Shown: positions 1-11,425 of the stretch, one piece after another
Position numbering within the stretch: position 1 is the stretch's first letter
Layout: the number at the start of each line of letters is the position of its first letter
Assembly: GCA_035221665.1 (NCBI GenBank)
Contig: CM069142.1
Coordinates: 7,254,001-7,318,000, forward strand
Source of the DNA: Okamejei kenojei
Taxonomy: Eukaryota
Length of the DNA stretch: 64,000 nt
Reading direction: 5' to 3'
The notes under the pieces: model-generated
Database searches by the model: none
Seen by the model: only the letters and a program-made list of their open reading frames with translations
What the model was told of the DNA's origin: nothing
Position numbers and translations under genes: made by a program

Positions 1-264
1 CAAGGTTTTTCCCCACTGTTATCAGACTTGTGAATAACCCTCCCATAAGCTACAGTATGGTCCCAATCTTCCAAACTACCTCTTTGCAGCCCTTGCACTT
101 TTTTAATCTGCACTTTCTCTGTAGCTGTAATACTCTGCTCTGTTTATTTTCTCTTTGCATTACCTGTTGTACTCATGTGTGGGATGATTAGACCGGTCAG
201 CACCCAAAACAATGTTTTTGCCTGTACCTCAGTACAAAATAAAGCATTTCTGACCCCCACTCAC

Positions 265-624
265 CGTTCACTGTCAGCCTTGTACCTTCTCCTTTTGCTG
301 TCAACATCGGGGGAGGTATTTCAACAGACAATTGACAAAAGTAAACGTCAGAGTCATTCAGGTGAACGTTATAGATGATTAAAGATGAGGAGTTGGCCGA
401 GAGATCCAGAGTAACATTAAAACCACTCGTGCAGAACTGAAGCGAACCGGAGCTGTGTTTATTTTCCATACGCTGACACAATGCCCGTGCACTGGAGTTC
501 CTCGTCCACACAATCCTCATCTGATCTCCATCTCCACTGCTGTAGGAACAGTTTATCCGAGCCATATCCCCCACCAGCACCTCCATCTCTGGTGTCTGCG
601 ACACAGCCGGGGTCTTGCTCTTCA
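265..624 (-). CDS. IgV (VJ-type) exon of a CD28-family receptor, TMIGD2/CD28H-like; gene continues off the left edge
   Basis: 360-nt phase-1/phase-1 exon with acceptor CTTCTTCCTTCCTCAG and donor G|GTGAGT. Encodes KSKTPAVSQTPE..ARINC..RIVWTR..ALCQ..SLQFC..SLIIYNVHLNDSDVYFCQLSVEIPPPMLTAKGEGTRLTVN. It has the canonical C-W-DxxxYxC core, a GxG J-like strand, and the extra Cys pair and VEIP motif I recall from TMIGD2. Confidence 0.88.
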
Positions 625-664
625 CTGAGGAAGGAAGAAGATGAACTGATTGGAATCTCCAGTG

Positions 665-965
665 TATAATGAAGATATGACGTGTTGAGATAGGATGAAG
701 ATATGAGGATATGATGTATTGAGATATGATGTAGATATGAGGATATGACGTGTTGCGATATGATGTAGACATGAGGATATGATGTATTGAGATATGAAGA
801 TATGAGGATATGATGTATTGAGATATGATGAAGAAGTGAAGATATAATGTATTGATATTTGATGGTTATGATGTAGATATGAGGACATGATGTATTGAGA
901 TATGGTGAAGATATGAGGATATGATGTGTTGAGATATGAAGTAGATATGAGGATATGATGTGTTG
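665..965. repeat. Degenerate tandem repeat (GATATGA/GATATGATGT-based) just upstream of the V-exon acceptor
   Basis: Repeated gagatatgatgt/gatatgaggatatgatgt units. Explains the I/S/Y/H-rich spurious ORF extensions. Confidence 0.9.
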
Positions 966-1276
966 AGCGTACAGTTGCGTTTGTAGTTCGGTGGAAGATG
1001 AGTGGCGCTAATCTGAATAAACACCAGTGTAAATATGTGCAGTGTTCACTGCCGGAGTCATGTTGTGTGGAGTTGTCCACCACCTCACTGTGTTCACAGC
1101 AGATCCCAGCTCTTGAAGAAGAGGAGAGGGTTCCTCTTCTGGGCTCGACACAAAATGCTGGAGTAACTCAGCATCTGGCATCAGCATCAGTAACAGGCAG
1201 CATCTCTGGAGAGAAGGAATGGGTGACGTTTTGGGTTAAGACCCTTCTTCACACTCTTCTGTCCTGACCGCAGTTA

Positions 1277-2890
1277 CAGTGCCCTCCATAATGTTGGGGA
1301 CAAAGACCCGTCATTTATTTATTTGCCTCTCTACTCCACACTTTGAGATTTGTAATAGAAAAAAAAATCACATGTGGTTAAAGTGCACATTTTAATAAAG
1401 GCAATTTTTAAACATTTTGGTTTCACCATGTAGAAATTACTGCAGTGTTTATACATAGTTCCCCCATTTCAGGGCACCATAATGTTTGGGACACAGCAAT
1501 GTCATGTAAATGAAAGTAGTCATGTTTAGTATTTTGTTGCATATCCTTTGCATGCAATGACTGCTTGAAGTCTGCGATTCATGGACATCACCAGTTGCTG
1601 GGTGTCTTCTCTGGTGATGCTCTGCCAGGCCTGTATTGCAGCCATCTTTAGCTTATGCTTGTTTTGGGGGCTAGTCCCCTTCAGTTTTCTCTTCAGCATA
1701 TAAAAGGCATGCTCATTGGGTTCAGATCGGTGATTAACTTGGCCACTCAAGAATTGACCATTTTCCAGCTTTGAAAAACTCCTTTGTTGCTTTAGCAGTG
1801 TGTTTGGGATCATTGTTATGCTGCAGAATAAACCGCCAATGAGTTTTGAACTTGAGCAGATAGGATGTGTCTATACACTTCAGAATTCATTGTGCTACTA
1901 CCATCAGCAGTTGTATCATCAATAATCATCATAAGTGAGCCAGTTCTTCAGCAGCCATACATGCCCAGGCCATAACACCCCCACCACCGTGTTTCACTGA
2001 TGAGGTGGTATGCTTTGGATCTTGGGCAGTTCCTTCTCTCCTCCATACTTTGCTATTGCCATCATTCTGATACAAATTAATCTTTGCCTCATCTGTCCAC
2101 AAGACCTTTTTCCAGAACTGTGGTTACTCTTTTAAGTACTTCTTGGCAAACTGCAACCGGGCCATCCTATTTTTGCAGCTAACCAGTGGTTTGCATCTTG
2201 CAGTGTAGCCTCTGTATTTCTGTTCATGAAGTCTTCTGCGGATAGTGGTCATTGACAAATCTACACCTGACTACTGAAGAGTGTTTCTGATCTGTCGGAC
2301 AGGTGTTTGGGGATTTTTCTTTATTACAGACAGAATTCTTCTGTCATCAGCTGTGTAGGTCTTCCTTGGCCTGCCAGCCCCTTTGTGATTAGTAATCTCA
2401 CCAGTGCTCTCTTTCTTCTTAATGATGTTCCAAACAGTTGATTTTGGTAAGCCTAAGGTTTGGCTGATGTCTCTAACAGATTTATTGTTGTTTCTCAGTC
2501 TCATAATGGCTTCTTGGACTTTCATTGGCACAACTTTGGTCCTCATGTTGATAAACAGCAATAACATTTCGAAAGGTGATTGAAAGACTGGAGGAAAGAC
2601 TAGGTGCTGAGAGCTCTCTTATGCCTGCATGAAGGAGGCAATTAAACACACCTGATCATTACAAATGTGTCCCAAACATTATGGTGCCCTGAAATGGGAG
2701 GACTATGTATAAACACAAATGTAATTTCTACATGGTGAAACCAAAATGTATAAAAATACCCTTTAATAAAATCTGACAATGTGCACTTTAACCACATGTG
2801 ATTTTTTTAAATGACAAATCTCAAATCGTGGAGTAGAGAGGCAAATAAATAAATGACGGGTCTTTGTCCCAAACATTATGGAGGGCACTG
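1277..2890 (-). mobile_element. Tc1/mariner DNA transposon (long IR/DR-type TIRs), disrupted transposase, inside the leader-V intron
   Basis: TA|CAGTGCCCTCCATAATG...CATTATGGAGGGCACTG|TA with ~220-bp TIRs and internal direct repeats. Transposase fragments lie at 2271-2567 (HTH, GRPRK) and 1526-1813 (ends GYATKY). Confidence 0.93.
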
Positions 2891-3451
2891 TATCTGTAAA
2901 ATCACTAACATACTGGTCCTTATCTCTGTGTGAAAAGTGGCTCCATTATTGTGGACTAACTTCAAAACCATGACCTGAGTTGTGTTTAAATGTGAGGACT
3001 CAACATGTGAGGGCCGAAGGGCCTGTTTCCACGTTGTATCTCGAAACAAAAACTAAACTAAACTAGTAAACAAAATGTCAGAGGTCATGTTTCTGGCCTT
3101 GAACATGCTTCCTCTCAATTAGTGTTGAATGCGTGCGGTGTTGGGTTTTGTCGTCATGGTTTGGACAGTGAAATTTTAACGCAACACAGTGTGTCAGCAC
3201 TGTGACGCAACTGTTGTCTGTTTCTTCAACATTAACCTCAAGTTGTATCTCGCAGTAAACGTTGTACACTTCATCCTTTATCCTTTGTGCGCTGTGGACA
3301 GTTTGATTGTAATCATGTACGGTCTTTTCTTTGACTGGACAGCACACAAAGGCCTATTGCCGTACCTTACACGCGACAATAATAAACTGAACAAACATAA
3401 TTCATAGTTCCTGCAATCACTTGTACGTTGATGGGTGTGAACGAGACTCAC

Positions 3452-3515
3452 CTGCGGTGAGACACATGTAAAGAACAACACCAACGCCGGCCACTGGTGT
3501 TCTCAGGAACCTCAT
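3452..3515 (-). CDS. Signal-peptide (leader) exon of the TMIGD2/CD28H-like gene
   Basis: ATG at 3515 gives MRFLRTPVAGVGVVLYMCLTA+G, 64 nt, ending in a phase-1 donor CAG|GTGAGT. It splices in frame to the 624 acceptor (G+TG=Val). A strong acceptor TTTCTCTTCTCCATCTTCAG lies just upstream (exon start 3530). Confidence 0.82.
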
Positions 3516-3700
3516 TGTACCCCTGGCATCCTGAAGATGGAGAAGAGAAATGATTCAGCTGCTCATGCAGGGAATGGTCAGCCCGTGGGTTGTTTGTATC
3601 AGCTGCTGCAAGTAAGACCTTCATTGTTCCAATGTCAATACATTTAACAATTAAACACTCTTGACTCTTGACTGTAATTTGGAGTAACTATCTACACTTA

Positions 3701-3996
3701 TGCCCCCTGCCCCATTGTACGAGGTAATGCAAGAGTTCTCCCGAGTTTCCCCTGATTTGAACTCGGAGAATTACAGTAATAGCCGTTCGTATGTACTCGG
3801 GGCTCTCATGGACATTTTTCACAGTGCTGAAAAAAGTTCAGGAGTTCCCCGGGTACCTGCCGTTAGCGTTACGAGCCGCTAAGAGACATCCCAAGCTCCG
3901 ACGTAGCCGCTACGTACATTCTACGTACTTACCATGCGCTTGTTTTTTTAACCTCGGGAGACCTCTTGAATTACCTCGTACAGTGGGACAGGGGGT
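3701..3996. mobile_element. MITE, probably PIF/Harbinger-type
   Basis: ~30-bp TIRs CCCCTGCCCCATTGTACGAGGTAAT / ATTACCTCGTACAGTGGGACAGGGG, flanked by TTA. Confidence 0.75.
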
Positions 3997-3999
3997 TTA

Positions 4000-4460
4000 G
4001 TGTCACAGTCAGAGAACTGTACATCAAGGAAACAGGCCCTTCGGCCCAACTTGTCTGTACCATTCAAGTTGGCATTCTGGGCCAGTCCCATTTGCCTGCA
4101 TTTGCCCCATATCCCTCTAACCCTTCCTGCCCATGTATCTGTACAAATGTCTTTGAAAATTAATTATTGCATCTGTTCTATAGTTTCCTCTGGCAGCTCA
4201 ATCCAGATACGCACTACTCTATGAGTGAAAAAGTTGCCCCTGAGGTCCCTCTTAAATCTCTCCCCTCACCTTAAGCCTGTGCCGTCTAGTTCTAGAATCT
4301 TCTACCCTGGGGAAAAGATTGTGAGCGTTCACTTTATCCGTGCCCCTCATGATCTTGCACACGTCAATTAGGTTCCAAGTCCGAGCCTGCCCAACCTCTC
4401 CCTGTAACTCAAGCCCACAAGCTCAGGTAACATCCTGGTCAATCTTTTCTGAAACGTTTC
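4000..4460 (-). mobile_element. CR1-type LINE 3' fragment
   Basis: Similar to the other CR1 3' ends in the window (ggaaacaggcccttcggccc..., tcctctggcagc, gattgtgagcgttcac). Confidence 0.7.
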
Positions 4461-7025
4461 CAGTTACCAGTTTGTAAAACAAACCAAAGTTCCAGGCTTT
4501 TTAGCATAGCTATTTAAAAATATATATTATTTACGAAAAATACATACAAAAACCCACCACCATAATGCCAAATAAACAAATATTCTTGGATATTAAATAA
4601 CGATTTCCCCATCCTTATTGAGGATACATTCCACCTCCCGCGGTGCCCAGCGGTCCCGGAAATCCCCCAGGGCGCCCGTGGGCAGCGTGTAGTCCCTTTC
4701 CAGTACCAACTGGGCGCGGACATACTGTAACCCCGGAAAAGGGGCAGGCAGCAGACTCGGGCATTCAGCGTAGCTCTTGGGGAGATGAAGTTGGAACTGG
4801 ATAAACTAAATGTCTGAACACAAGCCTGTCATTTATTCCCCTTGGAGGCCGGAAGAGGAATAAACTGGCTCTGATTTATGGAGTGCGTAAGAAGGAACTG
4901 CAGATGCTGGTTTAAACCGAAAATATTCACAAAAAGCTGGAGTAACTCAGCGGGACAGGCAGCATCTCTGGAGAGAAGGAATGGGTGATTTTTACCGGTC
5001 TGTCTGAAGAAGGGTGTTGACCCGAAACGTCACCCATTCCTTCTCTCCAGTGATGCTGCCTGTCCCGCTGAGTTAATCCAGCTTTTTGTATCGATCTAAT
5101 ATGTGGTTTGTATAGTTTTGTTTTCCCTTTCCGCCTTCATCTCAGGCCTGCCCCTGACGTTGGCTCTGGAGTAATTGGCCCATTGCATCTCAGCCAAACC
5201 AATCTTGCCAGCACTCATAATGCTTAGGCAACATGATTTGGATGGTGTGGGGTGAAGGTGTGAAGGGTTGATCGAGTGATACTCGTTAATCGGGAACCCT
5301 GATGCTAAACCGTGGGACTCAGCTGAGAATGGATCTACTTTTCTGAAGCAAGATTTCATTTTCAATTTGGTGAAGTAGGTTTAGTCCCTGACTTAAGATA
5401 GACACACAATGCTGGAGTAACTCAGCGGGATCTCTGGAGAGAAGGCCTGGGCTTGACATTCAGCCTGACCATCTGAGTAACTCCAGCACTCTGTATCTTT
5501 TTGTGTAAACCAGTGTCTGCAGTTTCCTTGTTTCTACTTTTCTCTTCTATTTCTAGCTGTCAACTCACATGGACACTCGTCATTCTACTGTAGTGTGTTT
5601 TTGACATTCTTTCCATTCCTGAGATTCAGATATATTGCAGAGAGACTGGTTTTTCCGGTTAAACTGGCCTTCCAGATTATTTCCCTCCTTCGCTGGCATG
5701 TGGTTGCTGGAGATTTTTAAAAGATTTAAATCCACTCCTAGGCACCAGAGACACCTACAGTCATACAGCACGGAAACAGGCCCTCCGGCCCAACTTATCC
5801 ATGCCGACCAACATACAATAATCCCATTTTCCTGCATTCAAACTACTTGAGTAGTTTGAAGATTTGAGTACATTCTACACATTGTACAGGGTCCGTACAG
5901 TTTTTGTCTCCAAATCTGAGGAAGGACATAATAGCCCATAGAGGGAGTGCAGATAAGGTTCACCAACTGATTCCTGGGAACTGTCTACTGATTCACACTG
6001 GCTTATAGAAACCAAAATTCTTAAGGGTTGGACAGAGATGCAGGAAGATTGTTCCCGATTGCCACAAGGGGTCACAGCTTAAGGATAATGGGGAAAGCCC
6101 TTTAAGCCGAGATGAGACTATACCAGAGAGTGGTTGAGTCTGGAACTCTTTACCTTGCAATCAGAGGGTATAGAGAAAGGCAACGGGATACGTTAAACCC
6201 TTTGCCTGCTCCTGCATCTATGTTCTATGTCTATGTACATCCCCTCTAAACTGATATCTACCACACTGTACTACCATACAGCAGACTATCTGGATTTTCC
6301 TTGGTAACTGTACACTGTTGATGGCTCAGTTGTAATCTTGTATAGCCTTTACACTGACTGGTTAGCACGTAACAAAATGCTTTTCCCTGTACCTCAGTAC
6401 ATGTGCCAATAAACTGAACTAAAGTAAACTTCCCCTGGGTAAAAGACTCTGTGCACTCACCCTATCTGTTCCCCTCTTGTGTGCTGTCAAAAGCTTAGAG
6501 AAAGCAAGCACGATGGTAACATGTTGATATTGCAGGGTATTTTGTGTTTTCTTTTATAAGTTGGATATTTAAAAAAAAATTTAAACTTAAGAAAAGTTTT
6601 TCTTTTATACTTAAAAATCTACTATAAATAGATACTAAAATGAACAGTGTCCAGTACCACTGCTGCTACAATCTCCAGTAGTAGCGTTCAGGTAGAGCGG
6701 TGCCTCACAGCACCAGAAACCCAGGTTTGTACAGAGTTTGCACGTTCTCTCTGCGACTGTGTGGGTTTTCTCCGGGTCCTCTGGTTTCCTTCCACACTCC
6801 AAAGACTTGTGGGGCTATAGGTTAATTGGCCCTCTGTAAATTGGCCCTAGTGCGTAGGGAGTGGATGGGAGAGTGGGATAGCATAGAACTATTGTGAATG
6901 GGTGATCAAAGATCGGTGTGGACTATGTGGGCTGATGGGCATGTTTCCTTGCTGTATCTCTAAACTAAACTAAACTATTATCTAAACTTGCATTTTCCTG
7001 GTTTATCCAGTGTTGTTGCCACAGT

Positions 7026-7039
7026 CTGCCACCTGGTGG
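7026..7039 (-). promoter_or_regulatory. Candidate CTCF site
   Basis: CTGCCACCTGGTGG is the reverse complement of CCACCAGGTGGCAG, a close match to the vertebrate CTCF core, in non-repeat sequence. Confidence 0.45.
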
Positions 7040-7699
7040 TGACTGTGCTGAACTCACTCCTGGTTCTCTCAGTATTCCTGCCCAGGGAAATGCCAGGAAC
7101 TCTTTTTCTCGGCATTGGGCAATAAAGGTTATTTTTTGTTAAAGTGTTTCCAAGTTGCTTCACGTAACTCTGTAAATATCACCAGCCATTTGCAAGCACG
7201 TACGCACAAGGAACTGCAGATGCTGGAATCTAGAATTAAAACAGAACACTGGAAGAACTCAGTGGGTCAGGCAGCCTCTGTGGGGGTGACAGCGAATGAT
7301 ACATCAGGACTGAGAGGGGACCCTCTCGGAGTGTGGGGGGGATTTGGGTTTCAAAAGGAAGGAGTCCACGATGTTTAACTGAAACAAGTTATTCACCCAC
7401 AAGCCACGTGTACAGAGATGGGACTTAAAGGTGTGGTTCCCAGCCAGATGTTGCCTGCTGGGTACCACTGGCAACATCTGTCCATCTCTGTCCATCATTG
7501 CCAGATGCTGAATCACCCACTAAATCACCCTCTGTCTGCTTCTGGTGAGTTGAGGTTGGATCCAGTCACCAACCTGCCCTGATCTCACAGGCCCTAACCA
7601 GTCTCACATGTGGAGCAGCTCACAGTTACTGAAGTCCATGTAAACCGCATCCACCACTCTGCCCTGGTCAATATCGATGGTCATTGGCGGTTGTGGCCG

Positions 7700-8460
7700 T
7701 GGGTTTGTGCTGCACACATTCTCCAGGGTCAGTCTACTGCCGTGGCTCCACTCTGGCAACTCTCTGATCACAGGGAGTCCGGGAGACGTGCAGAGCTGTA
7801 ACACAGGGGGCCCAGTCCTGCCTCACGCACGGTTTGTGATGGTTTGTGGTCGGCAGGGCTGCCACACGTTGACGGCAATCCCCACCAAGTCACAGAGTCA
7901 CACAGCACGGAAACAGGCCCTTCGGCCCTAAACATCCATGCCGACCAATATGCCCCTTCCACACTAGTCCCACCTGCCCGCGTTTGGCCCATATCCTTCT
8001 AAACCTTTCCTATCCATGTACATGTCTAAAAGTCTTTTAAATATTGTTATGGTATTTGTCTCAACGACCTCCTCTGACAACTCGTTCCATTCACCCACCA
8101 CCCTCTGTGTGAAAATGTTGCTCCTCAGATTCCTATTAAATCTTTCCCCCTTCACATTAAACCTATGTCCGCTAGTTCTTGATTTCCCTCCCCTGGGTAC
8201 AAGACTGTGTGCATTCACCCTATTTATTCCCCTTTGTGCCCCTCTAGAAGATCACTTCTCAGCCTCCTGCGTCCATGCTGCTGCCTTCTCTGCAGATGTG
8301 ACGGTGGAGATGATGGTGCAGAGGAAGGTTCCATTGCGTAAATTGGTGACAAGCACATGGCCAGAGGAGTGTGGGCCAGAGCAGGGGGTCGGCAGCAAAC
8401 TGTGCACTGTCTCTCCCTCGGATGGGGTCACTTTGTGATACACAGTTGTGTGCACTCCGC
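7700..8460 (-). pseudogene. Probable degenerate B7/HHLA2-like IgC + second IgV relic split by a CR1 insertion
   Basis: Removing the CR1 fragment (~7889-8255) joins ...TVHSLL..VTNLRNGTFLCTIISTVTSAEKAAAWTQEAEK in frame to LVGIAVNVWQPCRPQ..(stop)..RELPEWSHGSRLTLENV. Cys-15-Trp-18-Cys spacing equals the spacing I recall at the HHLA2 IgC/IgV2 junction. Confidence 0.45.
7889..8255 (-). mobile_element. CR1 LINE 3' fragment
   Basis: ORF 7964-8218 (SRTSGHRFNVKGERFNRNLRSNIFTQRVVGEWNEL) is the CR1 ORF2 C-terminus, with a (GTCATAGA)-like tail. Confidence 0.85.
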
Positions 8461-8619
8461 ATTAATAGTGGGGTCCATGGTTAGTATTCTTTCACTATGA
8501 CTACCACTGCACACAGAGGGTGGTGGGTATATGGATCGAGCTGCCAGACGAGGTCGTTGAGGCACGTACCATAACAACAATTAAAAGACATTTGGACGGG
8601 GATCGGAAAGATCCAGAAG

Positions 8620-9616
8620 GATATGGTGTGCCTCAGGGTTCGGTGCTGGGCCCGTTACTGTTTGTCACCTACATCAATGATTTGGATGAGAACTTACAGG
8701 GCAAGATTAGCAAGTTTGCAAATTATACAAAAGTTAGTAGTTTTACAGATAGTGAAGATGGTTGTGAAAAATTCCAGCAGGATCCTGATCGATTGGCCAG
8801 GTGGGCGGAGGAATGGTTGATGGAATTTAATACCGAAAAGTGTGAGGTGTTGCATTTTGGGACGTCTAACGTGGGCAGGACAAACACAGTGAATGGTAGG
8901 CCTCTGGGGAGCGTTGTAGAGCAGAGGGATTTCGGAGTGTAGGTGCATGGTTCCTTTAAGGTGCTGCCACAGTTGGCCAAAAAGGCTTTTGGTACATTGG
9001 CCTTCATAAATCCGTCAGTGTATTGAGTATAGAAGTTGGGAGGCCATGTTGCAGTTGTATAAGACATTGGTGAGGCCACATTTAGAGTATTGTGTTCTGT
9101 TCTGGGCACCATGTTATAGGAAAGATGTAGTCAAGCTGGAAAGGGTACAGAGAAGATTTATGAGGATGTTGCCAGGACTAGAGGGTGTGAGCTGTAGGGC
9201 AAGGTTGAGTAGGCTGGGACTCCTTGGAGCGTAGGATGACGAGGGGTGATCTTATAGAGGTGTATAAGATCATGAGAGGAATAGATTGGGTAGATGCACA
9301 GCCTCTTGCCCAGATTAGGTGAATCGATGACCAGAGGATATAGGTTTAAGGTGAAGAGGAAAAGATTTAATAGGGATCTAAGGGGCAACTGTTTCACACA
9401 AAGGGAGGTGGGTGTATAGAACATGCTGCCAGAGGAGATAGTTGAGGCTGGGACTATCCCAATGTTTAAGAAACAGTTAGACAGGTAGATGGATAGGATA
9501 GGAGGGATATGGACCAAACATGGGCAGATGGGACTAGTATAGCAGGGACATGTTGGCCGGTGTGGGCCGAAGGGCCTGTTTCCATGCTGTATCACTGTAT
9601 CACTCTATGACTATGG
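8620..9616 (+). mobile_element. CR1 LINE, 5'-truncated (RT to 3' tail)
   Basis: GVPQGSVLGPLLF..INDLD..KFA; LYKTLVRPHLEYC; ends in ctctatgactatg tail. Contains stops and frameshifts. Confidence 0.9.
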
Positions 9617-10027
9617 CATGAACCAAACGTAGGCAGGTGGGTCTAGTGTGGATGGGGCACCATGGTCAGCATGGGCAAGTTGGGCCAAAGGGCCTGTGTC
9701 CGTGCTGAGTGACTCTATGACTATTTCACCAGTGAGAAAGTGAAGAACACATGATGGTACATGGCAGGAAGTCCTTTACAGCTTTATAGGACCATAGTTC
9801 GGCCATATTTGGAGTATTGCGTGCAGTACTGGTCCCCCCATTACAGGAAGGATGTGGAGGCTTTAGAGAGAATGCACAGAATGTTGACCAGAATAACGCC
9901 TGGATTGGTTGGGATTAGCTACAGGGAGAGGTGGCGCTGTTTGTTTTCTCTGCATTGCCCGGAGGTTTCGAGGAGCCATGATAGAAGTCTAGAACATTAT
10001 GAGAGGCAGTCGGGTAGACAGTCACAA

Positions 10028-10286
10028 CCTTTTGTCCCAGGATGGAAAAATCAAATATTAGTGGGCGTAGCTTTAAAGTGAAAGGGGCAAAGTTTAAAGG
10101 AGGTTTGTGAGGCAGTTTTTTCACACAGAGGGCTGGTGGGTGCCTGGAACTCACCGCTGGGGGCTGGTGGTTGAAAAAGATATGTTAGAGGTATTTTAAA
10201 GGCCTGTACTTGCAGTGTAGGGGGCGCCATACTGTATGGCTGCCTGTCCTGCAGCTGTCTGTCTTTTCACTTCTTTTTTAAATTTT
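10028..10286 (+). repeat. Left copy of ~259-bp direct repeat flanking the minus-strand L1
   Basis: Near-identical to 14373-14630 (ccttttgtcccaggatgg...ttttttaaatttt). Confidence 0.92.
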
Positions 10287-11425
10287 ATTTATTTTAATTT
10301 TTTATTATTTTTGATTTTTTTAATTAGAAGTAATGTACAATAGTATAAACCAAGAATAACATAATACATTTCGCTTCTTGTTTTAAACTTTAATAATAGG
10401 AAAGTAGCAGAAGCAAGATAAAGAGAAATAGAGAAAGTTCGATAAGATAGTGATATTAATAGTACGTGAAAAAGTGGAAAGAAAGAGCCCATAAAGACGA
10501 GGAAGAATAAAAGAGAGTAAAAAAAATAAAAATAAAAAAAAATAAGAAAACAAGATAAGATAAAAGGGATGTACCTACTTCATATCTTTACACCCCCCTC
10601 ACCAGGTCCTGAAACAGTTATTTCCAGAGTTATGTCGCACCCTATGCTTGTAATAAGTCGATAAATGGAGACCAAATCCTTAAGAATTGGTCTGCTTTGC
10701 CTGCTAGGACGAATCTCATGTCTTCAAGGTGTAACATTTCGGACATATTTGAAATCCACATTTTTACCGTTGGTGTTGGTGCATTTTTCCAAAATTTAAG
10801 TATGAGTTTTTTTGCCGTTATTAAGCCATAATTAAGGAAACTCTTTTGGAACGAAGTCAGCTCAAAGCCGACTTCCATTGTTCCAAAAATAATCAATTCT
10901 GCGTTAGGTTTCAATTTTATTTTAAATAATTTTGTAAAAATTTCAAAAATGTCATTCCAAAATTTTTGGATTTTTATGCAAAAAACAAAGGAATGTCCTA
11001 TAGTTGCATCTTGAGATAAACATTTATCACAAGTGGGGGAAACATTTGTAAAGATTTTATTTAGTTTAGTTTTCGAATAATATAATCTATGTAGGATTTT
11101 GAATTGGATTAAAGTATGTCTTACATTGATCGAGCATTTATGCACATATAGCAAGTATTTATCCCAACCCTCTTTCAAGATTTTTATAGATAGTTCTTGT
11201 TCCCAATCTCTTCTAATTCTATTGGATGATGGTATTTCTATATTTAGGATGATATTATACAAAAATGATATTAAGTTAGTTGAGTCCGCCTTTCTGTTCA
11301 TAGCGTCAAAGTTTGGTATTCTTGTGTATGTTTTTTCAAATAATCACGGATTTGAAGATATTTAAAATATTGATTACTTCTCAGGTTGTATTTGAGTTGT
11401 AGTTGTTGGAATGATAGAAGGGCTG

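Noticed and set aside
197-772. 191-aa ORF as a single-exon gene, or as a rearranging TCR/Ig V segment
   Set aside because: The N-terminal part is translated tandem repeat, and the true exon is bounded by splice sites at 624 and 265. The J-like strand is germline-joined and no RSS heptamer/nonamer is seen at the V end.
7430-7470. WFP/QPDVA-like B7 IgC motif on the plus strand
   Set aside because: It needs a frameshift and there is no supporting Cys or flanking domain sequence; too short to support.
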